Numbered from the stretch's first letter, positions 48,440 to 57,746 are shown. The stretch: DNA of 64,000 nt from an uncultured Candidatus Saccharibacteria bacterium (GCA_964427275.1 CAYRSR010000002.1:1956-65955); one strand, 5' to 3'. The notes: generated by a model from the sequence alone, not told the origin. A program made the numbers and translations.

Positions 48440-49129
48440 TTATTATATCACAATCATAATATAAAAAAAGTGTTTAGTAAAATTAAAATTGGGGAATTCT
48501 TATTAGATCTAATTTTTCCTCCATTTTGCCTGGTGTGTGAAAAAAACTATTCTAAAGAATTTTTGTGTGGGAACTGCCAGAAAAAAATAAAATTTTTTAA
48601 TGTAGCTTATCAATTTAAAAACCCCAATTTCACTTTACTTGCAGCTACCTCCTACCAAAATCAAGTTATAAGCAAGTTAATTACCATTTTGAAGTATCAG
48701 AAAATCAAATCTGCTGCTAAACCACTGACAAGAATTGTGATTGAATACTTAAACAGAATGAAATTGGTTTCAAAAATAAGCTCTTACATCTTAGTCCCTA
48801 TTCCACTTCATCACCAAAAACTAAGACAAAGAAAATTTAACCAGTCAGAAATTATAGCTAAAATTTTGGCTCAAAAGCTAAATCTTAATTTTTCGCCAGA
48901 GATAATGATTAGGACCAAAAACACTACTGCCCAAGTAAATCTACGAGAGAAAGAAGAAAGAGTGCAAAACGTAAAAGGTTGTTTTAAAGTCAAAGGAAAT
49001 GTTTTTGGGAAAAATATTTTAGTTTTTGACGATGTATTTACCACTGGAGCTACTATGAAAGAAGCAATTAAAACCTTAAGAAAAGCTGGAGCCAGAAAAG
49101 TAATTGGCTTGGTAGTAGCTAAAGCTTAA
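48434..49129 (+). CDS. comFC: ComF-family phosphoribosyltransferase (competence protein ComFC-like)
   Basis: N-terminal zinc finger CLVCE...CGNCQ; C-terminal PRTase motif ILVFDDVFTTGATM. The ORF-track start is a TTG that overlaps the pilM start; the true start may be GTG at 48470. Confidence 0.75.
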   Translation: MQLLYHNHNIKKVFSKIKIGEFLLDLIFPPFCLVCEKNYSKEFLCGNCQKKIKFFNVAYQFKNPNFTLLAATSYQNQVISKLITILKYQKIKSAAKPLTRIVIEYLNRMKLVSKISSYILVPIPLHHQKLRQRKFNQSEIIAKILAQKLNLNFSPEIMIRTKNTTAQVNLREKEERVQNVKGCFKVKGNVFGKNILVFDDVFTTGATMKEAIKTLRKAGARKVIGLVVAKA

Positions 49130-49136
49130 AAATATA

Positions 49137-50609
49137 ATGAAAAATCATCAACAAAGTCGAATACCCAGGTGTATGAGTACCCAGCATCCCGATAATGTTA
49201 ATCTGCCATTTTTTGCCGAAAATAGCCGACTCAGCGGGGAAGATGAAATTCAAGAAGCCTATTATGCATTTTCATATCTGGGCTGCGATGAACAACTGTG
49301 GGATTGCGAAGGAAAAGAAATAGATAATTTCGTAATTAAAAAACTACTGTTGAAATATCCGCAGTTTTTTAAAACTAGAAGATTAGGTAGAGATGTTTTC
49401 ATAACTTTAAGGGTTCCCAATCCAGCTATAGAAAAGACAGAAGCAAAAATACTACTGGAGACGTTGGAGAGTATACCTCGCTCATTTGATGCAGCTAAAT
49501 TATTTTACGGAAGAAATATTTCGCCGATATTTGAAGTTATCTTACCAATGACCAGTTCAGCCAGGCAGATAGACAGAGTTTACAAATATTACCGCGATTT
49601 TGTAGCCGGAAAACAAAATAAGCAACTTTACCCGGGAGATATAAAAATTGGCCAATGGATAGGCAAGTTTCAGCCTGAACAAATTAAAGTTATTCCATTG
49701 TTCGAAGACCTAAATCATCTATTGAATTCTGCTAATATAGTTAAACAATATTTATCCGATAAACTTATTGATTATCAGAGAGTTTTCCTGGCTCGATCGG
49801 ATCCGGCTATGAATTATGGACTAATAAGTTCAGTGATATTAAATAAAATTGCCCTGCAAAGATTACAAAAATTATCTGAAAATACCGGCATTAAAATTTA
49901 TCCCATCATTGGACTCGGCCCATCTCCATTTAGAGGAAACTTAAAACCAGAAACAGTAGAAAGAATAATAGCTGAATATCCCAGCGTCTGGACTTTCACT
50001 ATTCAATCAGCATTCAAATATGATTATCCGGCTGAACAGGTCAAATTGGCAATTCAAAAATTAAAGCAAAAACCAGTCAATCCAGTTCATAAAGTCGAAG
50101 AGAAAAAAACTCTACCAATATTAAAAAAGTATTCTGCGGAATATCAGAGACAAATTAAAAAATTAGCCAAGTTAATTAACAAAATTGCCAGATATATTCC
50201 AGAAAGGAGAAAAAGAAAACTCCATGTTGGATTATTCGGCTATTCCAGAAATATCCAGGGAATTCAGTTGCCTAGAGCAATTAGTTTCACTGCTTCCCTT
50301 TATTCTATTGGTTTACCTCCTGAAATTTTAGGTTTAAATGCTTTAACTAAATCGGAGATTGAATTTGTAAGCCAGATTTATCTAAACCTTAAGTCCGACC
50401 TAACTGATGCCCTAACTTACTTTAATCCTAACTGTAAATTTTTACCCAGAAATCTAAGTCAAAAAATTAGAAAACTGTTTAATTTTCAATTAAATAAGCA
50501 ACATAGACAAATAACTAATCGGATCCAAGATCTATTAATTAAAGGTAAAACTGAAAATTTAAAACACTATATTTTAGCTGCAGCTAATTTAAGAAAATTT
50601 TTGGGATAA
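49137..50609 (+). CDS. Archaeal-type phosphoenolpyruvate carboxylase (atPEPC, PepcA family)
   Basis: N-terminal signature RIPRCMSTQHPDNV is diagnostic of the archaeal-type PEPC family; 490 aa fits the family size. Confidence 0.7.
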   Translation: MKNHQQSRIPRCMSTQHPDNVNLPFFAENSRLSGEDEIQEAYYAFSYLGCDEQLWDCEGKEIDNFVIKKLLLKYPQFFKTRRLGRDVFITLRVPNPAIEKTEAKILLETLESIPRSFDAAKLFYGRNISPIFEVILPMTSSARQIDRVYKYYRDFVAGKQNKQLYPGDIKIGQWIGKFQPEQIKVIPLFEDLNHLLNSANIVKQYLSDKLIDYQRVFLARSDPAMNYGLISSVILNKIALQRLQKLSENTGIKIYPIIGLGPSPFRGNLKPETVERIIAEYPSVWTFTIQSAFKYDYPAEQVKLAIQKLKQKPVNPVHKVEEKKTLPILKKYSAEYQRQIKKLAKLINKIARYIPERRKRKLHVGLFGYSRNIQGIQLPRAISFTASLYSIGLPPEILGLNALTKSEIEFVSQIYLNLKSDLTDALTYFNPNCKFLPRNLSQKIRKLFNFQLNKQHRQITNRIQDLLIKGKTENLKHYILAAANLRKFLG

Positions 50610-50643
50610 TTGCAAAATTCTTAATTTAGGTTAATATTTAAAT

Positions 50644-51102
50644 ATGTCTAAATTCTCTCAATTTTATCAGCTAAAGCTAGAGCAAATAATGGAAAAGGAA
50701 GTTGCTAATCTTCCGTTAATAGAAGAACATGCTAGTATAAGTAAAGCTATGATTATGCTAAAAAAACATGACCACCTTTGGGTAGTAAAAGACCTTAAAA
50801 GTCGGGTATTAGTTGGAGTAGTTACTAACTATGACATGCTAAGATTTTTTTCTCCTAGAAAGAAAGTTCCAATTGTTGGACTTATCAAACACTTAATTCA
50901 TTATACTCCAGGCGAAATTAGAGAAATTATGCATTATCCAATTACTTGTAATCCAGCTGAAAAAATCAGCGATGCAATCAAAAAAATGATAGCCCATCGC
51001 ATCAGAAGAATACCAGTAGTAAAAAACCATCAGATAATTGGAGAAATAACTTCTCGTCAGATAATTAAGGAATTTATATCTAGATACCTGACGCATCTTT
51101 AA
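50644..51102 (+). CDS. CBS-domain pair protein
   Basis: Two CBS repeats (..ISKAMIML...VVTNYDMLR.. and ..ISDAIKKM...RRIPVV..); 152 aa. Confidence 0.7.
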   Translation: MSKFSQFYQLKLEQIMEKEVANLPLIEEHASISKAMIMLKKHDHLWVVKDLKSRVLVGVVTNYDMLRFFSPRKKVPIVGLIKHLIHYTPGEIREIMHYPITCNPAEKISDAIKKMIAHRIRRIPVVKNHQIIGEITSRQIIKEFISRYLTHL

Positions 51103-51103
51103 A

Positions 51104-52282
51104 ATGCAGAATGTAATTTTATTAGCTGGAATAATTCTGGGACTTGGCTTTATATTTGGCAAGATAACTGATCATTTTAAGCTAACTACTGTAGTTGGCT
51201 ATATCATAACCGGAATTATTTTAGGACCAGTCTTTCACCTAATAAAAATTTCTTCAACAACAACTGAAATTGTAGTTGGTTTCGTTTTAGCTTTAGTTGC
51301 TTTTATAATCGGAGGAAACTTTACTATTAACTTTCTAAGAAGATTGGGGAAAGCTACTGGAATAATACTTGTTTCTCAGGCATTAGCTACAGCTATTTTC
51401 ACTGGAATCGGAATCTATTTATGGACAAATAATCTACTAACTGCTTTAATTCTGGGAAGTCTAGCTGTAGCTACTGCTCCAGCTGGAACTATAGCAGTTA
51501 TTCAGAGTCATCATGTTAGAAATCGAGTAAGTAAGATAATTACTGCCATAGTCGGCCTTGATGACGGAATAGCTATAATTATTTTTGTAGTAGCTTTATC
51601 AATAGTAAAAACTATTCTTGGGGGTAATTTATCAATACTTGGTTCAATTTATAAAGTAACCTGGGAAATTGGAGGAGCAGTCATTCTAGGAATAATAACT
51701 GGAATAATTTCTTCTCAATTAGCTAAAAGGATTAGAACTGAGGAAAGTATCTTAATTACTGCACTGGTAAGTATTTTAATCTGTGCTGGATTAGCTAAAA
51801 TAGCTGGAGTTTCATTAATTCTTTCTGAAATGTTTTTAGGAGCTAGCTTAGTTAATCTAGCACCAGGGATATCCAGAAGTTATTTTGAAGTTATAGAAAA
51901 ACTCCTTCCATTATTTTTTGTTTTGTTCTTTGTAACAGCTGGATTGAATTTAAGATTAGATTTGTTAATTAAAAGTGGTGGAATAGGACTAATTTATATC
52001 TTGTGCAGGATTATTGGAAAAATTGTTGGTGCAGCTGGAGGAGCCAAATTAGCAAAAGCAAAACCAGTAGTTCAAAAGTACCTTGGATTTGCCTTACTAT
52101 CTCAGGCCGGAGTAGCAATCGGATTAGCTGCCATAGCAAGTCATGAGCTTTCGATTTTAGGTTCATCAGGACAATACTTAGGTACATTAGCATTGACCAC
52201 AATTACTGCCACCACCGTAATATTTGAAATAATCGGACCTATCGGAGTTAGATTTACTTTAACCCAAATTAAGAAATGTTAA
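51104..52282 (+). CDS. Cation/proton antiporter (CPA family) membrane protein
   Basis: About 11-12 TM helices rich in Gly/Ala with the Na+/H+ exchanger topology; 392 aa. Confidence 0.6.
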   Translation: MQNVILLAGIILGLGFIFGKITDHFKLTTVVGYIITGIILGPVFHLIKISSTTTEIVVGFVLALVAFIIGGNFTINFLRRLGKATGIILVSQALATAIFTGIGIYLWTNNLLTALILGSLAVATAPAGTIAVIQSHHVRNRVSKIITAIVGLDDGIAIIIFVVALSIVKTILGGNLSILGSIYKVTWEIGGAVILGIITGIISSQLAKRIRTEESILITALVSILICAGLAKIAGVSLILSEMFLGASLVNLAPGISRSYFEVIEKLLPLFFVLFFVTAGLNLRLDLLIKSGGIGLIYILCRIIGKIVGAAGGAKLAKAKPVVQKYLGFALLSQAGVAIGLAAIASHELSILGSSGQYLGTLALTTITATTVIFEIIGPIGVRFTLTQIKKC

Positions 52283-53184
52283 ATTTTTAAATACTTTTTT
52301 ACTGCAAATGCACTAGAAAAGATTCCCAGTCCAATTCCGGTTATTAATTGCCAGCCAAATAAAGTAAAATAGTTATTCTGAAGATAGTTTTGAAGATTTA
52401 CTTGAGGTATAAAAGCAGTGACATAAGGTGAAGCCAAACTGATTAAAGGAGAAAAAAATGAAAAACTTAAAACTGCTGCTAAAGCTCCACAAAGAATACC
52501 TTGAACAACAAATGGCCCCCTAATAAAGCTATTAGGAGCACCTACCAGTCTCATAATTTCTATCTTCCTTCGGTTAGAATATATTCCCAATCTAATCGTA
52601 TTAAACGCCACCAAAAATGCTATTATTGCTAGACCAGCAGTTACAGCAATTCCCCCCTTATTAATAACATCAGTAATCTTAATTAATCTATCAATTATTA
52701 ACTGGTTCTGAGTATAAGTTATCTTCTTTATGATTGGATAATTGGCATCCTCCAGATATTTAGCAATATTTTGATAATCTTCAGGATTAAAAGCTTTTAT
52801 TTCTAGAGAAGCCAGTAGAGGGTTTTCCTCCAGTTCACTTAAAGCCTGTATCACTATCTTTTCTTCAGCATGTCTGGATTTAAATTTGACTAAAGCCTGT
52901 TCTTTAGAAATATAGCCTACTCTCTTTACCTCTGGCAAATTCTCTAGGTCATTTTTTAAAAGTAGAATATCATCCTCTGGAGCATCAGGTTCAAAGTACA
53001 CGCATATATCAATCTTATCTTGAAGACTCTTTACTGCTGAACTAGTAACCACATTGAAAATAATCAATGACTGGAAAACAATCAATCCTAAAATCATCAT
53101 TATTACAGTTACAGCTGAAAGCCAGCTACTTCGCAGAAAGTTCTGAACTCCATATTTTATTATTCGATAAAGACTGGTAAACAT
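52279..53184 (-). CDS. ftsX: Cell-division ABC-transporter-like permease FtsX
   Basis: TM1, large extracellular loop, then three C-terminal TM helices; follows ftsE. Confidence 0.75.
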   Translation of the reverse strand: MFTSLYRIIKYGVQNFLRSSWLSAVTVIMMILGLIVFQSLIIFNVVTSSAVKSLQDKIDICVYFEPDAPEDDILLLKNDLENLPEVKRVGYISKEQALVKFKSRHAEEKIVIQALSELEENPLLASLEIKAFNPEDYQNIAKYLEDANYPIIKKITYTQNQLIIDRLIKITDVINKGGIAVTAGLAIIAFLVAFNTIRLGIYSNRRKIEIMRLVGAPNSFIRGPFVVQGILCGALAAVLSFSFFSPLISLASPYVTAFIPQVNLQNYLQNNYFTLFGWQLITGIGLGIFSSAFAVKKYLKI

Positions 53185-53188
53185 GTAA

Positions 53189-53902
53189 CTACTTACTTAA
53201 AACAAACTGACCATGCTGTTCATCTCTAATTACTCTTCCTTTTTCCAGGGTTATTACTCTTTGCCCTAGTGTATCAATAATTTCTTTATTGTGAGTAGCT
53301 AGAATCACTGTACTACCAGCCTGATTAATTTTCACCAATAGTTTTATTACTTCCCAGGTATTAAACGGATCTAAGTTTCCAGTAGGCTCATCGGCAATTA
53401 CCAGCTGTGGCTGATTTATCATAGCTCTAGCAATGGCGGTTCTTTGCTTTTCTCCCCCGGATAACTCCCTGGGAAAATTTCTGGCTTTATCTTCTAATCC
53501 AACCATTTTTAGTAGATAAGGAACCAATTTATTAATTCTTCGTTGAGGATGTCCTTCCACCTCCAAAGCATAAGCAACATTTTCAAAAACTGTCTTTTCT
53601 GGAAGCAAACGAAAGTCCTGAAAAATTATCCCAAGATTACGTCGATAAGCTGGAAGTTGATATGGTTTGAGCTTATTAACTTCATATGAGTTAAAAAATA
53701 TTCTTCCTTTAGTTGGTTTTTCTTCACCAATCAATAATTTAACAATTGTAGTCTTTCCTGCTCCAGAAATTCCTACAATAGATACAAATTCTCCGGGTTT
53801 AATTTTAAAACTAACATCTTCAAGAGCAGTAAATCTACTATTATAAACTTTATAAACATTTTGAAACTCCACTATAAACATATAACACTGAAGTTCTTCC
53901 AA
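53189..53902 (-). CDS. ftsE: Cell-division ATP-binding protein FtsE
   Basis: Walker A GISGAGKTT, ABC signature LSGGEKQR, Walker B VIADEPTGNLD. Confidence 0.85.
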   Translation of the reverse strand: MEELQCYMFIVEFQNVYKVYNSRFTALEDVSFKIKPGEFVSIVGISGAGKTTIVKLLIGEEKPTKGRIFFNSYEVNKLKPYQLPAYRRNLGIIFQDFRLLPEKTVFENVAYALEVEGHPQRRINKLVPYLLKMVGLEDKARNFPRELSGGEKQRTAIARAMINQPQLVIADEPTGNLDPFNTWEVIKLLVKINQAGSTVILATHNKEIIDTLGQRVITLEKGRVIRDEQHGQFVLSK

Positions 53903-53961
53903 CTAAAAAAACTCTTATGATTTTATCAAATTAAAGTTCCTTTGCAATAATCTTAAAAGAA

Positions 53962-54411
53962 TCAGCTAATTTTTTCTATTACCTTTCCACCAGCTTTTTC
54001 AATTTTTCGTTTAGCAGTTTTCGATACCGGCAATTCAACCTCTATCGGTTTATCAATTTCTCCATCTCCTAAAATTTTAACTTTCTTTTTAGATTTCTTG
54101 ATTAATCCATATTGACAAAGAACCTCCTGATTAATTTTAGTAAGTTTTTTTTGTTCCACCAGCTTGCTTATATCATCTAGATTAAATACTTGAGGTTTTA
54201 TCCTCTTTGCTTCCCAATAGGACATTCTGAAACTTTTTCCTCTTAATTTTGGGTATTTTAGTATGGTATCTCGATAAAATAATCTTAATTTTCTTCCAGC
54301 TCTGGCTTTCTGTCCTTTCATTCCTCTCCCAGAGTAATTTCCTCTTTTTCCTCCACGACCAACTCTTTTTTTAGTTTTGAATCTAGTTGAGGATAGCTGA
54401 TGTAACTGCAT
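53962..54411 (-). CDS. rplO: 50S ribosomal protein L15
   Basis: GRGGKRGNYSGRGMKGQKARAG glycine-rich N-terminus. Confidence 0.9.
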   Translation of the reverse strand: MQLHQLSSTRFKTKKRVGRGGKRGNYSGRGMKGQKARAGRKLRLFYRDTILKYPKLRGKSFRMSYWEAKRIKPQVFNLDDISKLVEQKKLTKINQEVLCQYGLIKKSKKKVKILGDGEIDKPIEVELPVSKTAKRKIEKAGGKVIEKIS

Positions 54412-54430
54412 ACTTAAAGTAAATAAAAAC

Positions 54431-54889
54431 TTAACCTTTTAACTTTTTTAAGGCCTTAACCGTAGCTAAGGCAGTGGTCAGTTTGTTTTTGGTATGACTT
54501 AAGATTTTGCAGGAAATATCCTTTACTCCTCCCAATTCCAGAACTACTCTGGCTGCTCCCCCAGCTATTAAGCCATGCCCAGCTCGAGCTGGCTTAATTC
54601 TAACTCTAGCTGCACTATACTTTGCTTCTACTTCATGTGGAATTGTGCGATTCTCTCTTAAAGGTATGGTAAATAACTTCTTTTCGGCATCACGCTCAGC
54701 CTTGTCAATTGCTTCAGCTACATCTAATCCTTTGCCAATTCCTACTCCTACTTTTCCATTTCTATTGCCAACTACCAGAGTAGCTCGAAACTTAAATCTT
54801 TTGCCCCCAGCTACCACTCGAGCTACTCTTCTTAAATCCAGAACTAACTTCTCCATTTTTTCTTCTTTTTTTATTTCTTTTTCAGCCAT
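54431..54889 (-). CDS. rpsE: 30S ribosomal protein S5
   Basis: dsRBD-like N-domain plus S5 C-domain; 152 aa. Confidence 0.9.
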   Translation of the reverse strand: MAEKEIKKEEKMEKLVLDLRRVARVVAGGKRFKFRATLVVGNRNGKVGVGIGKGLDVAEAIDKAERDAEKKLFTIPLRENRTIPHEVEAKYSAARVRIKPARAGHGLIAGGAARVVLELGGVKDISCKILSHTKNKLTTALATVKALKKLKG

Positions 54890-54890
54890 G

Positions 54891-55247
54891 TTATGCTTTT
54901 AGATTTTTCCTAAACTCTTCTATCAGTGCCTTTACTCGACCATGATACTTATACCAGCCCCTGTCAAAAACTACTTGACTAATGTTTAATTGTTTAACTT
55001 TTTGTGCTATTATTCTTCCCACTTCTCGAGCTCGTTCAATCTTTGTTTGTCGTTTTGTACCAATCTCCAAGGAAGATGCATGAGCTAATGTATACCCGGT
55101 TTGGTCATCAATTAATTGAACATAAATATGCTTATTGCTTCTGAAGATAGAAAATCTTGGTTTAAATCCAGTTCCCTTTCCGATTTTTGCTCTGGTTTTA
55201 ATTTTTCTTCTCTCTCTTAATTTAAGTGTCTTTTTTATCTGCTTCAT
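54891..55247 (-). CDS. rplR: 50S ribosomal protein L18
   Basis: Operon position and a uL18-like sequence; 118 aa. Confidence 0.85.
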   Translation of the reverse strand: MKQIKKTLKLRERRKIKTRAKIGKGTGFKPRFSIFRSNKHIYVQLIDDQTGYTLAHASSLEIGTKRQTKIERAREVGRIIAQKVKQLNISQVVFDRGWYKYHGRVKALIEEFRKNLKA

Positions 55248-55282
55248 AACTTTTAAAAACCTAGTCCATCACAGGTATATTT

Positions 55283-55858
55283 CTATGTTGCAGTAGTAGT
55301 TGTTGCTCTTTTAGTTGGCTTTAATTTTACCTCTTCTCCTAAATATCTAATTCCTTTTCCTTTATATGGATCCGGTTTTTTTAATTCTCTAATTTTAGCA
55401 GCAACCTGTCCCACTCTTGCCTTGCAGTACCCTTTTACTTTAATGATATTCTCTTTCACTTCAACATCTATATCCTCAGGAATTTTAAAGTTTACTGGAT
55501 GAGAATAACCAAGTTGAAATATCAGATTTTGTCCTTCCTTTCTTACTCGATATCCCAATCCTCGAATTTCAAGTTGTTTCTCAAAACCAGAAGTCAAGCC
55601 AATTACCGCATTATTACACAAAGCTCTCATAGTTCCCCAAAAAGCCTTTGTTTGTCTTCCTGAGGTTATAGGTTTAAACGATAAAACCTGATCTTCTAAA
55701 TCAATTTCAATTCCAGGTAATTTGCTAATCTCTAGCTTCTGTCCTTTTTGATTGCTAAAAATAATTTTGTTATCTTTAAGTTCTATCTTTACTTCCTGGG
55801 GTATTTTAATTGGTTTTTTACCTATCTTAGACATACTAAAAATAAATTTGTTATTCAA
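55283..55858 (-). CDS. rplF: 50S ribosomal protein L6
   Basis: Duplicated uL6 domain; 191 aa with a Thr-rich C-terminal tail. Confidence 0.85.
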   Translation of the reverse strand: MNNKFIFSMSKIGKKPIKIPQEVKIELKDNKIIFSNQKGQKLEISKLPGIEIDLEDQVLSFKPITSGRQTKAFWGTMRALCNNAVIGLTSGFEKQLEIRGLGYRVRKEGQNLIFQLGYSHPVNFKIPEDIDVEVKENIIKVKGYCKARVGQVAAKIRELKKPDPYKGKGIRYLGEEVKLKPTKRATTTTAT

Positions 55859-55977
55859 AAAAGCCTGATTTTAATGTTATATTACAGTAAGTACTTTGTC
55901 AATTGGTTGATAAGCTACTAGTCAAGCTTTGGTTTAAAAGATTTTAAGCTAGGTAAAATTCTAATTTAGATTTTTAC

Positions 55978-56349
55978 TTACCAGATCTCAAATAATATTT
56001 CACCTCCAACCTTCTTTTTTTTAGCTTCCTCCCCGGTCATTATTCCAAGTGAAGTGGAAACTACTAATTTTCCAAAGCCACTCTTAACTGGCTTAATGTC
56101 CCTATAGCCGGCATAGATGTGCCTGGATGGCTTACTTATAAACTTAACCTCATTTATGGGTCTGTTACCCAATGTAACTTCAATGCTTTTTTTGTTTTTC
56201 TTATTATTTATTATCTTAATTTCCTTTAAAAACTTATGTTTAACCAGAGACTCTAAAATACTAAAATCCATTTTTGAATAAGGAACTATTACTGTTTTTT
56301 TACCAGCATCCTGAGCATTTTTAATTCTAATTAGAGTATCCCAATACAT
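55978..56349 (-). CDS. rpsH: 30S ribosomal protein S8
   Basis: MYWDTLIRIKNA... typical uS8; 123 aa. Confidence 0.9.
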   Translation of the reverse strand: MYWDTLIRIKNAQDAGKKTVIVPYSKMDFSILESLVKHKFLKEIKIINNKKNKKSIEVTLGNRPINEVKFISKPSRHIYAGYRDIKPVKSGFGKLVVSTSLGIMTGEEAKKKKVGGEILFEIW

Positions 56350-56370
56350 AAAAAATTTTGCATTTTTCTA

Positions 56371-56556
56371 TTACCAGCTTGCTTTTTTAACTCCAGGAAT
56401 CTCGCCTCTAGATGCCAGTTCTCTAAAACAAATTCGACAGAGTCCAAAATCTCTCATGTATCCCCTCTTTCTTCCACAACGCCAGCATCGCCTAACTATT
56501 CGAGTTTTATATTTTGGTTTCTTTTTAGCCCGAGCAATTACAGATTTCTTTGCCAT
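56371..56556 (-). CDS. rpsZ: 30S ribosomal protein S14 type Z (zinc-binding)
   Basis: 61 aa with CWRCGRKRG...CRIC zinc motif. Confidence 0.9.
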   Translation of the reverse strand: MAKKSVIARAKKKPKYKTRIVRRCWRCGRKRGYMRDFGLCRICFRELASRGEIPGVKKASW

Positions 56557-56568
56557 AATATTATTTTA

Positions 56569-57063
56569 TTATATCTTTAGTGGTATTCCAATCTGCTTAT
56601 AAATCTCAATAGCCTTTTCTCTGTTTCTAACTTTAGGGACTATAGTTACCTGCAAGCCAAACCTTACATTAGATTTTTCCAGGTCAATTTCTGGAAAAGC
56701 ATAGTGTTCTCTAAATCCAATATTCAAACATCCCTTTTCATCAATACTTTTCAAATCAATACCTCTAAAATCCTTAACTCTGGGCAAGACTAGATTAATC
56801 AATCGAAACAAAAAATCTCTCATTCTTTTTCCTCGTAAGGTTACCTTTAAGCCAACCAACTGTCCTGCTCTGACTTTAAATCCAGAAATGGATTTTCTTG
56901 CAGTAGTATATGCCGGTTTCTGGCCAGTAATCAAGCTTAATTCCTTAACTATTTCTGGTAGAATTTTTTGCTCAAACTGAGATTCATTTCTAAACTTTCC
57001 CACACCGGTACTAATCACTATCTTTTCTATTTGAACTAAATATTTTTTTGGAAATAATTCCAT
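56569..57063 (-). CDS. rplE: 50S ribosomal protein L5
   Basis: Operon position and a uL5-like sequence; 164 aa. Confidence 0.85.
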   Translation of the reverse strand: MELFPKKYLVQIEKIVISTGVGKFRNESQFEQKILPEIVKELSLITGQKPAYTTARKSISGFKVRAGQLVGLKVTLRGKRMRDFLFRLINLVLPRVKDFRGIDLKSIDEKGCLNIGFREHYAFPEIDLEKSNVRFGLQVTIVPKVRNREKAIEIYKQIGIPLKI

Positions 57064-57068
57064 AAAAA

Positions 57069-57374
57069 TTAAACCTTACCTTTACATTTTTTACAATACC
57101 TAACTTTTTTACCGTTCTCAAAACGATATCCTACTCTAGTGGGTTTTTCGCAGTTAGGACAAATTAAAGCTACATTGGAAACATCAACTGGTCTGGGAAT
57201 CTCAACTATTTCTCCTTTTTCTCCTTCTCTTCGAGGACGATAATGTTTCTTACAAAGATTTAATCCTTCTACTACAACTTTATTCTTTTTTGGAAAAACC
57301 TTCATTACTTTTCCAATCTTTCCTTTATCCTTCCCAACCAGCATTAAAACTTTGTCACCAGATTTAATTTTCAT
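57069..57374 (-). CDS. rplX: 50S ribosomal protein L24 with a C-terminal four-Cys zinc ribbon
   Basis: KOW domain MKIKSGDKVLMLVGKDKGKIGKV; C-terminus CPNCEKPTRVGYRFENGKKVRYCKKCKG, where most bacteria have no Cys. Confidence 0.85.
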   Translation of the reverse strand: MKIKSGDKVLMLVGKDKGKIGKVMKVFPKKNKVVVEGLNLCKKHYRPRREGEKGEIVEIPRPVDVSNVALICPNCEKPTRVGYRFENGKKVRYCKKCKGKV

Positions 57375-57377
57375 AAT

Positions 57378-57746
57378 TTAAACTACGTTTTTAGCTAGAT
57401 TAACAATGTTTTTAAATCCCTTTTCAGCTAATTCATGAGGAACCGGGCCAAAAATTCTAGTGGCTTTGACCTCTTTCTTTTTAGTGGTTAATACCGCAGC
57501 ATTTTCGCTGAATCTTACATAAAATCCTCCTTTTCTCCTAAAATTTTTTCGCTGTCTTACTATGACTGCATAAACTATGTCGCCTTTTTTAACTGACTTT
57601 CCTGGTTCAGCTTTTTTTACTGAAGCAACAATTATATCTCCAATTTGAGCATATCTTCTTCTGGTTCCACCCAAAATCCTGAAGCATTGAATCAATTTTG
57701 CTCCAGAATTATCAGCCACTTTTAACATTGTACGTTCTTGAATCAT
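57378..57746 (-). CDS. rplN: 50S ribosomal protein L14
   Basis: [17 protein letters not shown]... typical uL14; 122 aa. Confidence 0.9.
   Translation of the reverse strand: MIQERTMLKVADNSGAKLIQCFRILGGTRRRYAQIGDIIVASVKKAEPGKSVKKGDIVYAVIVRQRKNFRRKGGFYVRFSENAAVLTTKKKEVKATRIFGPVPHELAEKGFKNIVNLAKNVV

Noticed and set aside
47703-52202. ORFs 47703-47936 (in pilM), 50893-51162 (across the CBS gene and antiporter junction) and 52011-52202 (in the antiporter)
   Set aside because: They are antisense to supported genes with no coding signal of their own.
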